Positions 1 to 11,400 of a stretch of DNA of 64,000 bases are shown here, piece by piece. The notes under the pieces are model-generated. The model did no database searches and was not told where the DNA came from. It saw nothing but the letters and a program-made list of their open reading frames with translations. The position numbers and the translations under genes are program-made. The DNA comes from Fistulifera solaris (lineage: Eukaryota), in the NCBI GenBank assembly GCA_030295235.1, contig AP026167.1, positions 558,001-622,000 on the forward strand, in the 5' to 3' direction. Each line of letters starts with the position of its first letter. The first letter of the stretch is position 1.

Positions 1-1962
1 AGAATTGGGTAGAACCCGATGTGGAAAGCAATCACCAGTCTGTCGAAAATGCTGCCACCTATGACGTTGAGGATGAAGACGAAGAGAACGACCAATTTCC
101 AGAAACCAATGATGTTTACATGTTACCAATACTCGCAAATTCTCCTAGTTCTAGAAGATCAATGAGGTCAATCGGCAATTTTACCTTGGAAAAATCAAGT
201 TCCGTTCCCTCTCGATTGACAGAAAAACCTCCATTACCCGAAGGAATTTCTGAATCTACTACAGAAGGAAGACCCAATCTTTCCGGAGCCCCACACTTGT
301 TCAATAAACCAAAGTCGGTCCCATCGCATCTATCTGAGCATCCTCAGTCAACCGAGACAGTGCTCGAACAGAGGTCTGATGGTCGTCCAGCTGATCAATC
401 CAGTGATTTAGGTAATACATATCCATCACTTCCACCGCAACGTTCTCATGCTTCACGAAATCAAACAACTGCTCCTCGGCATGAATATTCTTCATCTCTT
501 GCGCGGCGTCCTCGACCAATAGAGCCTACAACAAACAATTATGGGCGATCTGTTACAAAAAGTCAGAAGAAGCGCGATTCATCCCTTTTGGCTCTTGTTG
601 CTCTTATTCAGGAGAATGCTAGGCGAACGAGTGATTCGCCACGAGGAAGAGATCCAGAGCCTTGTCAAAGTGGAGCTTCGAGAGTGTCTTTGGGGCGAGG
701 TTCGACAAGTCCTGGCGACCCCATGAGTGATGCCTCGTTCCAGTCCACCTTTGAAACTGAAGAGGATAGCATGAGGAACGACGGTGTCGCTGATGCTACT
801 TTTGACCCAGAGGCAGATGGACTGATTGAAAACGAGTCATACGACGATTTTGAAACGTCTTCCGACAATGACACACCTTCTGTCACTACATCGGACGAAA
901 CGTTTGACGATGAGTTTAATACGCAAAGTCGTATACTTTTGGATCCTGAGGATGGCTCAAGCGCTGACGACACATCCGTGGAAAGTGAAGCGAGTGACGT
1001 AGAAAGTTTTTTGGATCGAAATAATGCAATTAAGAACAGTCGGCTCGAACCCGAAGAATTTCCGATATCACCAGAAGCAGAGAGTGAATCCAGTGGTGCC
1101 GAGAGTGTATCTGAAGATGAAAGCACAACTGCGGACACGAAAGGTCGTTTAGAGCCGGGAGAGTATTTATTACAGACTGAAAACGAATGCAGCATGGCAG
1201 AGTTTGCAATCGAGAACGAATTCTCTGATGAGTCAGAAGAGTCTGCAGTAGGTAGTGAAACGTCGGAGGATTCGACGTTCGAAACTATGTTAAATGCTAG
1301 AGAAGCTCCCCCCTGTGCTGGCTGATGAAGGGGGCGAGGATGGATTGATCGAAAGCGGCGAAGAAGCTGATGACGACCAATCCGTTGACTCCTTGCCCAC
1401 TGCTTTCCGGGAGGAACGACCTCGAATGCAAGAGCCACCCGACCAACTTATTGATCCCCGGGATCTTGAAGAAGAGGATGATCAAGCCGAAATGGTTAGC
1501 GACGATAGTAATGAGTCGGCCAAAGGCAGCATGTCAGGAGAAGATCCCACCATTGTCTCTGATGGTGATGTCAGCAAGGTAATTGAAACCGTTGAGGCTG
1601 AAGCGTTTACAGATGAAAGCGGATCGGCGGTCATTGATCTAGAGTCCGCCTCAGATCAAACATCTAGTAGAAACTTAGACCTGGAATTGGGAGCTCCCAT
1701 GACAACACTTGCCGACGCGGCCACAATAACGCCGGGAAAATCTGATCACGACACGGATGAAGCAACAATGAGCGTAGATGAGGAGAGCTACATGGAGGAG
1801 CCTACTTTCAAATCTGAAGAAATGGAAATCACTTTTACCAAAAGTGAATCGGCGGACGAAGATTCTGCCGTTGCTGACAGCGAGGCAAGCTTTGAAGAGC
1901 ACATGCGCCGCAGTTTACATCCTTTTCCAGAATCCCCACGGAGAATTGCCGTCGATCCCTAG
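1..1962 (+). CDS. 5'-partial acidic Ser/Glu/Asp-rich, largely disordered hypothetical protein (frameshift at C6 run ~1308-1313; may extend to 2119 via a second indel at ~1923)
   Basis: Frame is open to the window edge. ORFs 21..1325 and 1294..1962 share the same acidic composition and overlap at a homopolymer. Short internal repeats are present (KSSSVPSRLTEKP/KPKSVPSHLSEHP; RLEPEEF/RLEPGEY). Confidence 0.6.
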
Positions 1963-2562
1963 AGGAGTGAACACAGTATCGGAATTACTAATCCACAGGA
2001 TCTTTTTTCGTAAAATTGTGTCTATGCAACTTCGACCCAGAGCGTTTGTAGGGTGGTGCCTTCTGACGGACACTGGACGACACCATTTGCCGTTGAGTGA
2101 AGCAAAAGAGTTTGAGTAGCTGGTATCAGTCTAGGTCTAGCTAAAGAAAAACTAGCATCTCTTTTGGTGGGAAAAAAAGGCTGATCAAGATGGATCCTTT
2201 AAGAGGAAAAGCCCCGCAAACTAAACTAAAAACGTCCTTGTTATTGTCCCGATGCGCCACCGCTCTAGAATTGCCGACTATCTCTTTTCATGTAGGGGGT
2301 ATGTCGCGTTTCGAAACAGCTCCTTATTTCGAGAGAGAAGGGCAACGAAGACGAAATGCGAGGCGCTTCGTAGCGGGTGCTCAGTAGTGTACTCCTTTAC
2401 TGTAGAAAGACGGAAGATGCGCGTTGGGATCTTCCCTTGCAAAAACAAAAACATCTACCATTGACGACATCCATCAACCTCGACAGGAAACACCCAGAAA
2501 AAGAATCAAAAGGAGGACTATCATTATTCCTTAAACACAACCTTCACTCAAAGATAATTATA

Positions 2563-4956
2563 ATGTATCTGGTTCGTCCCAAGTCGCTCTGGCTGTGGGC
2601 CTTGTTGATGCTGGCCGTCGTTCCCATCGAGTATTGCCATGCGAAAGCCGTTGCTACCGAAATGAACGTTAATGGAGCTTCTTCTCTCCCCGACGAGGAG
2701 TCGCACAAGAAGCACAAGGACGACGAAGAAGAGGAAGAAGAAGAAACAGGAGATGATCCCGGTATTCCCTTTCGTCATTTCGTCGCACACGATTCCACTA
2801 TGACCTGTACGGCTGACGAACACGCTCGTCCGTTCAACAATCAGATTCGTGGTGTCAATTTAGGAGGATGGATGGTCCTCGAACCGTGGATTACCCCCAG
2901 TATCTTTTACCAATTCCTCAATGCTGGAGAAAACACCACCGCCTTTGACATGTACACCTTCTGTCAAGTTCTCGGTCCCCAAAAAGCCAACGAACAATTG
3001 CGTCACCACTGGGATCGGTGGGTCACCAAAGATATCATTCGGCAGTTGGCCGAGTCCGAAGCAGTCAATAGTTTGCGATTGCCCGTGGGTGATTTTCAAT
3101 TCATTCCGTACGGTCCGTATGCCACGGGCTGTGTCGATGGAGGCTTGGAATACGTCGATCAGTTGTTGGATTGGGCTTACGAATATGGATTGACGGTGTT
3201 GTTGGACATTCATACCATGAAAGACTCACAAAATGGTTTTGATAATTCTGGACAAGCTATGGGGTTTGCTTGGACGTCTTCGCTCAACTCAGAATTCGGA
3301 GGATTGACGACCTTCCAACATTGGCCCATTCGTACGGCCAATTGGATCGGGACCTTCAATCCACAAACAGCACAGTATGATGATATCAATCAGGGGAACA
3401 TTCAGCACGCACTGGATGTCATTCAAGCGGTAGTTGATCGGTATGCAGGCCATCCGGCGGTGTTGGGTCTGGAACCACTCAATGAACCCTGGCAGTATAC
3501 GCCGATCGATGTTCTCAAACGATTTTACTGGGATGGATATTTGATCGTCAAGAAAACTGCACCCTACTGGAAGTACATTATGCATGATTCATTTCGTTTG
3601 GATACGTCTGTATGGGGAGGATTTATGGACGGCTGTCCGGAACGTGCGTTGGATACCCACATCTATCAAGCATGGCGTGATCCAGATTCACGTGTGGGGT
3701 TCTATACCGATGCTTGTGCACAAAAGGCGCGTTTGGCGGATATGGAACAAGCTTTTGGTCCTGTTATTGTGGGGGAATGGAGTTTGGCGACGGACAATTG
3801 TGGTGAGTTATGTCTTGTTTCGTCTTTCCTTCGTGTAGAGCTGCTCTCTGTGCAGTAGAGATCATCTGTATATTGTTCCTCGTCTCGGCTAATCCGAATG
3901 TACTCACATCCTGCCTGATTCCGCGACCTAAATGTCCTTATGGAAGCTATGTGGCTGAATGGATTCAACGACAACTTACCTGGTTTCCCGCGTCTACCCT
4001 GCAAATACGAGCCTTGTCGCAAGTCTTATTTGGCACCGGAGCAACCCGGTACACCGCTGGACAATTCCAAACCATTGCAAGGTCCTTTTGGAACGGGATT
4101 GTCCGGCCCCATCTTTGGTTTGTGTCCCAATACACGTGACTGGTTGAAGGAATCTAGCGGAGACCCCTTTACGGGTCGAGATTGGATTACGGCACCCCCG
4201 AAAGCGCCGAAACAGTTGGACGACACTGATGATGTGATGCGCAATCTGGCTCTGAAAAAGTTGGACGCCTTTAGTGGCATTGGTCATGGTTTCTTCTTTT
4301 GGAATTTCCGAACGGACCTTTACGAGCCGCAGTGGTCTTATATGGAAGCCCTGGACCGTGGATGGATTCCTCGGGGTAATTTGAAGGATGAGAAAGTCAA
4401 CACAGCCTGCTCTCGAGAAGAGAGTTCCGTCTATTACAAATGTGTACTGAAACGAGGTCAAGTTGATAAAGCTGTCAGAAGCGCTTTGGCGTACGCCTTG
4501 AACGTTGAAAATAAAACAAATTTACCAGAAAGTCAGGAGATGCTCAACTTGACGGGCCAAGCTTTGCACGAGGCCGCCGATCAATTTCTGGGAGACTTCT
4601 TTGACGATAATCGGCACAATGGTGCAACCTGCGATTTCGGCGGCGTCGCCATGCTGATCCGCCGAAACCAGACATTATCGGATCGATCTAGTTCGGCCTA
4701 TTACTACAATGATGATGAATACTTTCAGGTTGTACAGGGGGGTCCTTCTTTGTGGATTTTGTTAGTTGCAGGAATGGCGACTGCGTTAGTTGGTGCTCTT
4801 TTGGGATTTGTGGGAGCAATGAGATCCAATCAAGGATTCAACCGTCGTGTTCGAGAATCGCGTATCTTCCGCCCGCTTACTCAATCTTCCAACAATTTGA
4901 TCCGAAGTTCCTTGGCGTTGCCTGATTTGCAGTATGAGGAGATCTTGAAGGTGTAA
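2563..4956 (+). CDS. GH5 exo-1,3-beta-glucanase-like protein with signal peptide, X8/CBM43-like domain and C-terminal TM helix; intron 3803..3946
   Basis: Motifs GVNLGGWMVLEPWITPS, LRLPVG, NGFDNSG, catalytic NEP and GEWS, FFWNF; X8-like CVLK...ATCDFGGVA. The GT..AG intron restores DNCAMWLNG. Hydrophobic SLWILLVAGMATALVGALLGFVGAM. Confidence 0.9.
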
Positions 4957-5061
4957 GAAGTTGCGATTTCTCTTGTCTTCCGAATTTTCTATCTGATGTT
5001 GACATCAATTCATATGGAGTAAGATTCAAAGTGATATATTTACATCATTGTATTTTGTTTA

Positions 5062-7572
5062 CTAGTCTGCTTCAGCGTCCAGTAACGCGCCCGATGAGTT
5101 ATAGTTCTGCCAAAGCCTTATGAAGTCGTCCGCGCTCATGACTTTCACGCCAAGATTTTGTGCTTGCTCAAATTTCTTCCCGCCCTTGTCGCCCGCAACA
5201 ACAAGGTTGGTAGATTTACTGACACTTCCTGGTGTTGATTTGGCCCCCAAAGATTTCGCCATTTCTTGCGCCTTGGTTCGCGACATATCTGGCATTGATC
5301 CCGTAAAAACAACGCTCCAGCCTGCAAATGGTAGATCTGTAGTAAGGTTACCCGGCGTTGGTAGCGGGGTAAGAGTACTCGATGCATCGTGAACGTTTAT
5401 TGCTCTCGAGAGAGCTCGCGCTGCCCTAACCAATTCTTCTTCGCGACCAAAACAAAGTAGAGCATTTATTACAGCAGGGCCGATTCCTTTTGTTGCTTCG
5501 TTATCTTCACGAAGTATTGTGAAACATTCGTCTTCATCAGATTTGCTCACTTTTTCGATATCACTGAGGAATGATTCGACGCTACCGTATAAACCAGCCA
5601 GCAACGTGGACGAATGAATTCCAACAAACCTGATGTTCAAAGAATAGATGAACCGAGATAAGTCAACACCTGCATTGGCAATTTTGCTAGCTGTGGCCAC
5701 TAAATTCTGGGCTGATTTCGGACCCCAGGAGTTCAACGCGGCTACTGTTTCTGTAAAATTATCGGATCGAACGAACAAATCACTCGGAACTTTCAAAAGA
5801 CCGGCTTCCATAAGCTGTTCAATTCGATTTTGCGACAAACCTGTCACGTCAAGAGCGTCTCGAGAAAAGGCGTGGCTCAAAGCCATCACAGCTCGAGGAG
5901 GGCATAGCAGTGCTGGTCCACCACATCGGAGAACGAAGCCTCGGTCGTCGTTACCCGTCGATTCCCGCTCTGCCACTACTATAGAACCGCATGCAGGGCA
6001 ACTTGTTGGTGCCTCCAACGATATATTGGCTTGTGCATGCTTATTCACTTCACCAACTATCCCTACAACCTGTGGAATCACTTCTCCAGCCCTCCGCACC
6101 ATGACACTCGTTTCCCTAGGAATCGATTTACCGCCTAACGTCTGCTGAAGATGGCGAAAATTGTGCAGCGTAGCACGCTGTACCGATACTCCATTCAAAT
6201 CGATCGGTTCCAATATAGCAACTGGCGTAAGCGACCCGGTTCGTCCAACTTGTACAATCACATCCAGCAACTTTGTGACTCCAACTCGAGGAGGGAATTT
6301 GTGTGCCACAGCCCATCTCGGCGCACGATTAGAGTTCCCGATAACAGCACGGAATAAGGCTCCGTCTACTTTGTGAACACACCCATCCATTTCGTAATCG
6401 CCCCAGTGCCATGTCGAAGAAGTTTTCTTAGGATCCTCACGATGTTTCATCAAGGACTTATGATAGCTCAATAAATTTGTGATGTCAGTTTCATTCCATT
6501 GCGTCTGATCATCTAAGAAAGGCATTGTTGTCGAAATCGTTGGTTGTGGTATATGAAAGCCTAAACTCAAAAGTACCTTTTGCGCCTCCTGACCGTCCAA
6601 TGCGCGCTCACGACCGAGATCCAGGTCGTAGGCATAAAACGATAGCTTGTCGGCCCAGCTTTCTTCCTCCTGCTCACCGGATACCTCCTTGCGAAGTAAT
6701 ATTCCCGATGCAGCATTTCGCGCGTTCGAAAAATTGGCGTGAACTCCTTCATTATCAAATACAGATTGCGGCAAAACGACTTCTCCTTTAATTTCGATGG
6801 CATCGCACGACAGTGGCAATTTCAACAGTGCTGCGTTCAATATGATGTTCGGCGGAATCGCGGAACAGCTGCGAACCGAATGGGTGACATCCATTCCTTG
6901 TTTGCCGTCGCCTCGCGTCGCTGCCCATTGAAGTTGATACGACCATTTGGTGTCACTGGGGGAAGATTGTCGTGTGTAACGTAAATTCAAAGACAAGCCA
7001 TCGATTTTGGGTTCGGTCGTGATAGTAATTGTGTCTACTTTGTCTTTGTTGTTCACTAGCTTTTTGCGTATTCGTTCTAACCAGGCCAACAATTGGGTTG
7101 TATCATGGACATTTTCCAGTGATAGCATCGATTGTCGATGCTTTTGCTTTATTCTCGAAGTTGTCAAAGGCGTGGTACCAACCCGTCCCGCTCGAGTTGT
7201 TGCTGTGCCCAGGCCGACCTCCTTTTGTAACTTTTTGAGTAAATGAGGGTATTCTTGCGACAATGCTTCTTCTCGACGCACTAACGCATCGTATTCGTCG
7301 TCGCTGATTGTGAATGCTTCGGATGCGTTCACAATCTGCTGATTGTTATAGTATCGTTCATCTTGTTTTCGAATTTCATTGCTCAACCACAACAGTTCCT
7401 GGTAGATTGCATCGAGATCATTTTCGTTTGTCGTTGAACGAAATCGGCGCGGATGTGTCGGTATTCTGTGACAGTGTCTCGCCAACTGGAATGCACAAGC
7501 CATGAATCGTTTCTTTGTCGCGGATAACATGATGAATGCCAACGAACACAACGCAGAGCACCAGGCGTGCAT
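5062..7572 (-). CDS. ligA: NAD+-dependent DNA ligase (LigA type), intronless, with N-terminal targeting-like extension
   Basis: Domain Ia (DERYY...ISDDEYD), MLSLEN, adenylation motif EPKIDG, ATRGDG, NARNAASG, PRWAVAHKF, VQVGRTG, RATLHN, RAGEVIP, Zn finger CPACGS...C...C, HhH region and C-terminal BRCT (VFTGSM...GSVSKST...AG). Confidence 0.95.
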   Translation of the reverse strand: MHAWCSALCSLAFIMLSATKKRFMACAFQLARHCHRIPTHPRRFRSTTNENDLDAIYQELLWLSNEIRKQDERYYNNQQIVNASEAFTISDDEYDALVRREEALSQEYPHLLKKLQKEVGLGTATTRAGRVGTTPLTTSRIKQKHRQSMLSLENVHDTTQLLAWLERIRKKLVNNKDKVDTITITTEPKIDGLSLNLRYTRQSSPSDTKWSYQLQWAATRGDGKQGMDVTHSVRSCSAIPPNIILNAALLKLPLSCDAIEIKGEVVLPQSVFDNEGVHANFSNARNAASGILLRKEVSGEQEEESWADKLSFYAYDLDLGRERALDGQEAQKVLLSLGFHIPQPTISTTMPFLDDQTQWNETDITNLLSYHKSLMKHREDPKKTSSTWHWGDYEMDGCVHKVDGALFRAVIGNSNRAPRWAVAHKFPPRVGVTKLLDVIVQVGRTGSLTPVAILEPIDLNGVSVQRATLHNFRHLQQTLGGKSIPRETSVMVRRAGEVIPQVVGIVGEVNKHAQANISLEAPTSCPACGSIVVAERESTGNDDRGFVLRCGGPALLCPPRAVMALSHAFSRDALDVTGLSQNRIEQLMEAGLLKVPSDLFVRSDNFTETVAALNSWGPKSAQNLVATASKIANAGVDLSRFIYSLNIRFVGIHSSTLLAGLYGSVESFLSDIEKVSKSDEDECFTILREDNEATKGIGPAVINALLCFGREEELVRAARALSRAINVHDASSTLTPLPTPGNLTTDLPFAGWSVVFTGSMPDMSRTKAQEMAKSLGAKSTPGSVSKSTNLVVAGDKGGKKFEQAQNLGVKVMSADDFIRLWQNYNSSGALLDAEAD

Positions 7573-8134
7573 TCTCAATATTCTGTAATCATGAATTCTT
7601 TATTTAGTTTTTTTTATTGTCAAGAGAGTAAGTTAGTTTCCATGCCATTCAACACGCAGTGAGCTGCGCATTCGTACAAATTTGTACTCACATGAGATCC
7701 GAGCCGCATTTTTGTCGTTTCCCTCCAATTTGCACTATATAATGAAGTGTAATATCAACTTTTCCATGACTCATCATGATTTCAGTCCCGAAAGAGGTTC
7801 TACATTATTTACTAAAAGAGTTGAAATGACCACGCTACGATTGTCAATTTGACAATACAATACGCTCCCATCATGAATATATTGGCTTTGTTACTCTTAT
7901 TGATGATATTATCGGATTAAATTACGTTAGCGCTCCTTTATTGTTTTCCTCTATTCGCACTAAGGTTGGACATCATGACTTGGCTTGCCGTTGCTTCGTA
8001 ATGAAATGAAACGTCAACACTACGACTGTCGTTCGATTCTCAACAAGCCGTGAAGCGCCAAGACGAATTCACGAATGGGTTGCTTTTATTCATGATGACC
8101 TGCGACCTGCAACATCCAACATCCAAGTTGACTA

Positions 8135-8206
8135 CACGTAGTTTTACGTCAGCACGTATTCCGAAAAGCTTGTATGACGTCAGACCACGTAAGCTTTCGT
8201 GACGTA
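8135..8206. promoter_or_regulatory. Cluster of six ACGT-core (bZIP-type) elements incl. TGACGTCA, in the divergent ligA/myosin intergenic region
   Basis: CACGTA 8135, TACGTCA 8145, CACGTA 8153, TGACGTCA 8175, CACGTA 8186 and TGACGTA 8200, about 215-285 bp upstream of the myosin ATG (8421). Confidence 0.45.
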
Positions 8207-8420
8207 TGGACTTCAATCCGGGATTCGGACATTAGCTTTAGTTGTAGGACACCTTTTCTTTCATGACGCAACGGGATACAGCTCATTCGCATCATTCACT
8301 CCTCCGCACGGAAAAATGGTGGACCGGTGAAAAAGTGAAAATGGGCCCATCCAAATCATCATTGGTAGGGGTGCATCGAAAAGGACACAGCAAGCCAAGG
8401 CGCACCTTTTCCTCACAATC

Positions 8421-11400
8421 ATGGGTCGCAAGAAGAAGAACAAGTCACCGTTGAAGTCGCCTACGGCAGCTGCCGCTGCGGCAACACCGGTAGCAGCAGA
8501 AGCCGTTGATATTGTAAGTATACGCTATGACTCTCTCATTTATTTGACATGTCTATAGTCGATAGCTGCTGATACTTTCCCTAAACAGATTACGGGTAAA
8601 GCCTCGCTAGAGTATTATTTTGATCCTTCTTTGATCCTCAAGGAGAATCAGGGAACCATAGGTAGACAGCCACTCAAAAATGGCGCGGGTAGTTCTACTA
8701 AAACCCCCGATCTTTCATCAAAATATTTATTCGTTCCTTGCACGATTATCAAACCGCTAGATGAAGAAAACAGTCAAAAAAGCACCGGAAAGGTAGATGG
8801 ACAGCCCTTTCCCGGTCCGACGCTCGTCAAGACGATTGACGGGGTTTTGCACAAAATATCGGATAGCACGAAACTCATTCCAGTAACGGCTCCGGATGAT
8901 CACGAAGGCGTGCACGACGTCTTGAACCTTCCACAGATTAGCGAAGCGAGTTTGCTGCATACGCTCCGCATCCGATACGCCCGCAATGACATTTACACTT
9001 CCGCCGGTCCCATTCTTATTTCGATCAATCCCTACGTGACTGTCAAACAAGCCGATGGGCAGTCGATCTATTGCGAGGAACGAATGCTATTATATCGCAA
9101 TCGAACGGATTACACGACGGGACCTAAAAACCCTCATTTATTTCTAGTAGCCGATCGAGCCTATAAGGCACTCATGGACTCGGTGCATTCGAGTACCGAG
9201 ATGGACCATTTGGAAGATGAAGATGCGGTCATGATGCTCGAATACCACAAACCGCCGGGAACCGTTCGCAACCAGAGCATCATTATCAGTGGGGAGAGTG
9301 GTGCCGGAAAAACGGAAGCGACGAAAATCATAATGGCGTATTTGGCGCGTATTACGAAACGCGACAGTAAGGCTAGTTACAATCCAGACGGAAGCATGAT
9401 TGCTACTTTGGAAGATCGGGTGCTATCGTCGAATCCGCTCTTGGAGACGTTCGGAAATGCACAAACGTTACGAAATGACAACTCGTCTCGATTTGGAAAG
9501 TACATTCACATTTACTTCAGTACAGTCACGGGAGCGATTACGGGTGCGTCCATTTCCAATTACCTTCTGGAGAAAACTCGAATTACCTCGCAAGTGGATG
9601 GTGAACGCAACTATCATGTTTTCTATCAACTGTTAGCCAGTGCTGACCAAGAAATGTTCCATGACTTTGGGTTGCAGGAGGTGCATCGTCTTTTAATTTT
9701 CTTGGACATCGTATCACCGGTAACGACATTGCGGACCAAGAAGGATTCAAACAGACGATGGCTTGTCTTGCAGAGATCGGTGTGAGTCCAGAAGACCAAA
9801 GGGCTCTTTTTAGGACAGTAGCCGGCGTTCTTCATCTCGGAAACATCAAATTTGAAGAACACGACGATCCAAGTGAAAGTTTCACGGAAAGCATCGGAAA
9901 GTGTCGAGTCTCGGACGAGTCACGACCAAGTCTACGCAAGGCATGCGAGCTACTCGGCCTGGACGAGGCAAAGCTGGAAGACGCTATTTTGACGAAAGTG
10001 ATTGTGATCAATGGGAAGTCAATCAAAAGGCCCAAACCGTTCCTATGGCCGAGGATAAACGCGACGCCCTTGCCAAGATGACATACTCTTGCCTGTTCTT
10101 GTGGCTCGTTCATCACATTAATTTGTCGCTGAATCAAGCGTCTGAACAGACTAAGTCAATACAGAAAGATCAAATGGGATGTATTGGTGTCTTGGATATT
10201 TATGGCTTCGAGACTTTTGACGTTAACGGCTATGAGCAGCTACTCATCAACTATTGCAATGAGAAACTTCAAAGTCACTTCAATCGCCACTTGTTCGAGG
10301 TTGAGCAAAAGCTGTATTCTGACGAAGGAGTCGATTGGTCCTACATTACCTTCAATGATAATAGTCCCTGTCTTGAACTAATTGAAGGTGGAAACGGAAT
10401 AATTGGGATTTTAAATACTCTTGATGATGCTTGGGGTGGAATGGGAACAGCAGCTGAAAAAGATTCCAAGTTTGCCGCTCATCTCCACAGACTCTTCGGC
10501 AAAAGCTCTGAACTAGACACAAGCAAGGATAGTGTTAGCCGTAGAAGTCACTACAAACATTTCATCACCCCGAAGATTGGACTTGATAAGAATTTCATCA
10601 TCAAACACTATGCCGGAGAAGTAAGTCGTGGGTTCTTTTCACTATCTGGCTTTGTCTTATTCGTTTTGTTTGTGTGTTTGACTCACCGGCTCCGGTTGCC
10701 AGGTTTGTTATAATGTTGATGGCTTCGTTGAGAAGAATATGGAGACACTGAGCAGGGAACTGAAGGATCTAGGAGATAGCTCATCGAATCCTTTCTTAAA
10801 AGCGGTGTACTCTACTGCAGGTGTTGAAGTGCAATGCTCGACGGCGCAGCGTTCTTCGATTCGCGGATCCAGTGTAAGCTGGCAATTTCGAGCTTCGCTT
10901 CAGACACTCGTTTCAGACCTTGAAAGAACGCAGCCTCATTATATACGGTGCATTAAGCCAAACAATTCTAAGTTGCCTGGAGCTTTTGCAGCTGCTGACA
11001 TTCTTAAGCAATTAAAATATTCAGGCATGATGGAAGCAATTCGAATTCGTCGAGAAGGTTACGCTCTTAGGGAAGAACATGAAACCTTTTACAAGAGATT
11101 CAGTCTTCTCCTCGGTTACGACAAAATCAAAAAAAGGTGAAAAGGGGATAGTCGAGCTTGTTAGAGTTTTATCCGGTCTCCTTTGCGTTACAGACGCCGA
11201 CTGGCAAATCGGTCACTCGAAGATATTTGTACGAAGAGTTCTTGCTGACAAGTTAGAGCGGCTTGCAAAGTTGAGGGTCCATATAGCGAGCAGGATCTTA
11301 GGGCGGTTCGGCAGACGAGTGGCAAAACGCCGCACTTCTCAACGAATCGCTACCTGGATCCAATTTCGACTTCACATGCGAGCTTATTATCGCTCTCACA

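Noticed and set aside
665..1438. Long antisense ORFs (also 18221..18856, 24488..25078, 45922..46512)
   Set aside because: Shadows of real genes on the opposite strand, with mirror-image low-complexity composition and no motifs.
5062..7572. Bacterial contamination or prophage explaining ligA
   Set aside because: No operon context, similar composition to neighbours, eukaryote-style leader, and flanking genes carry spliceosomal introns.
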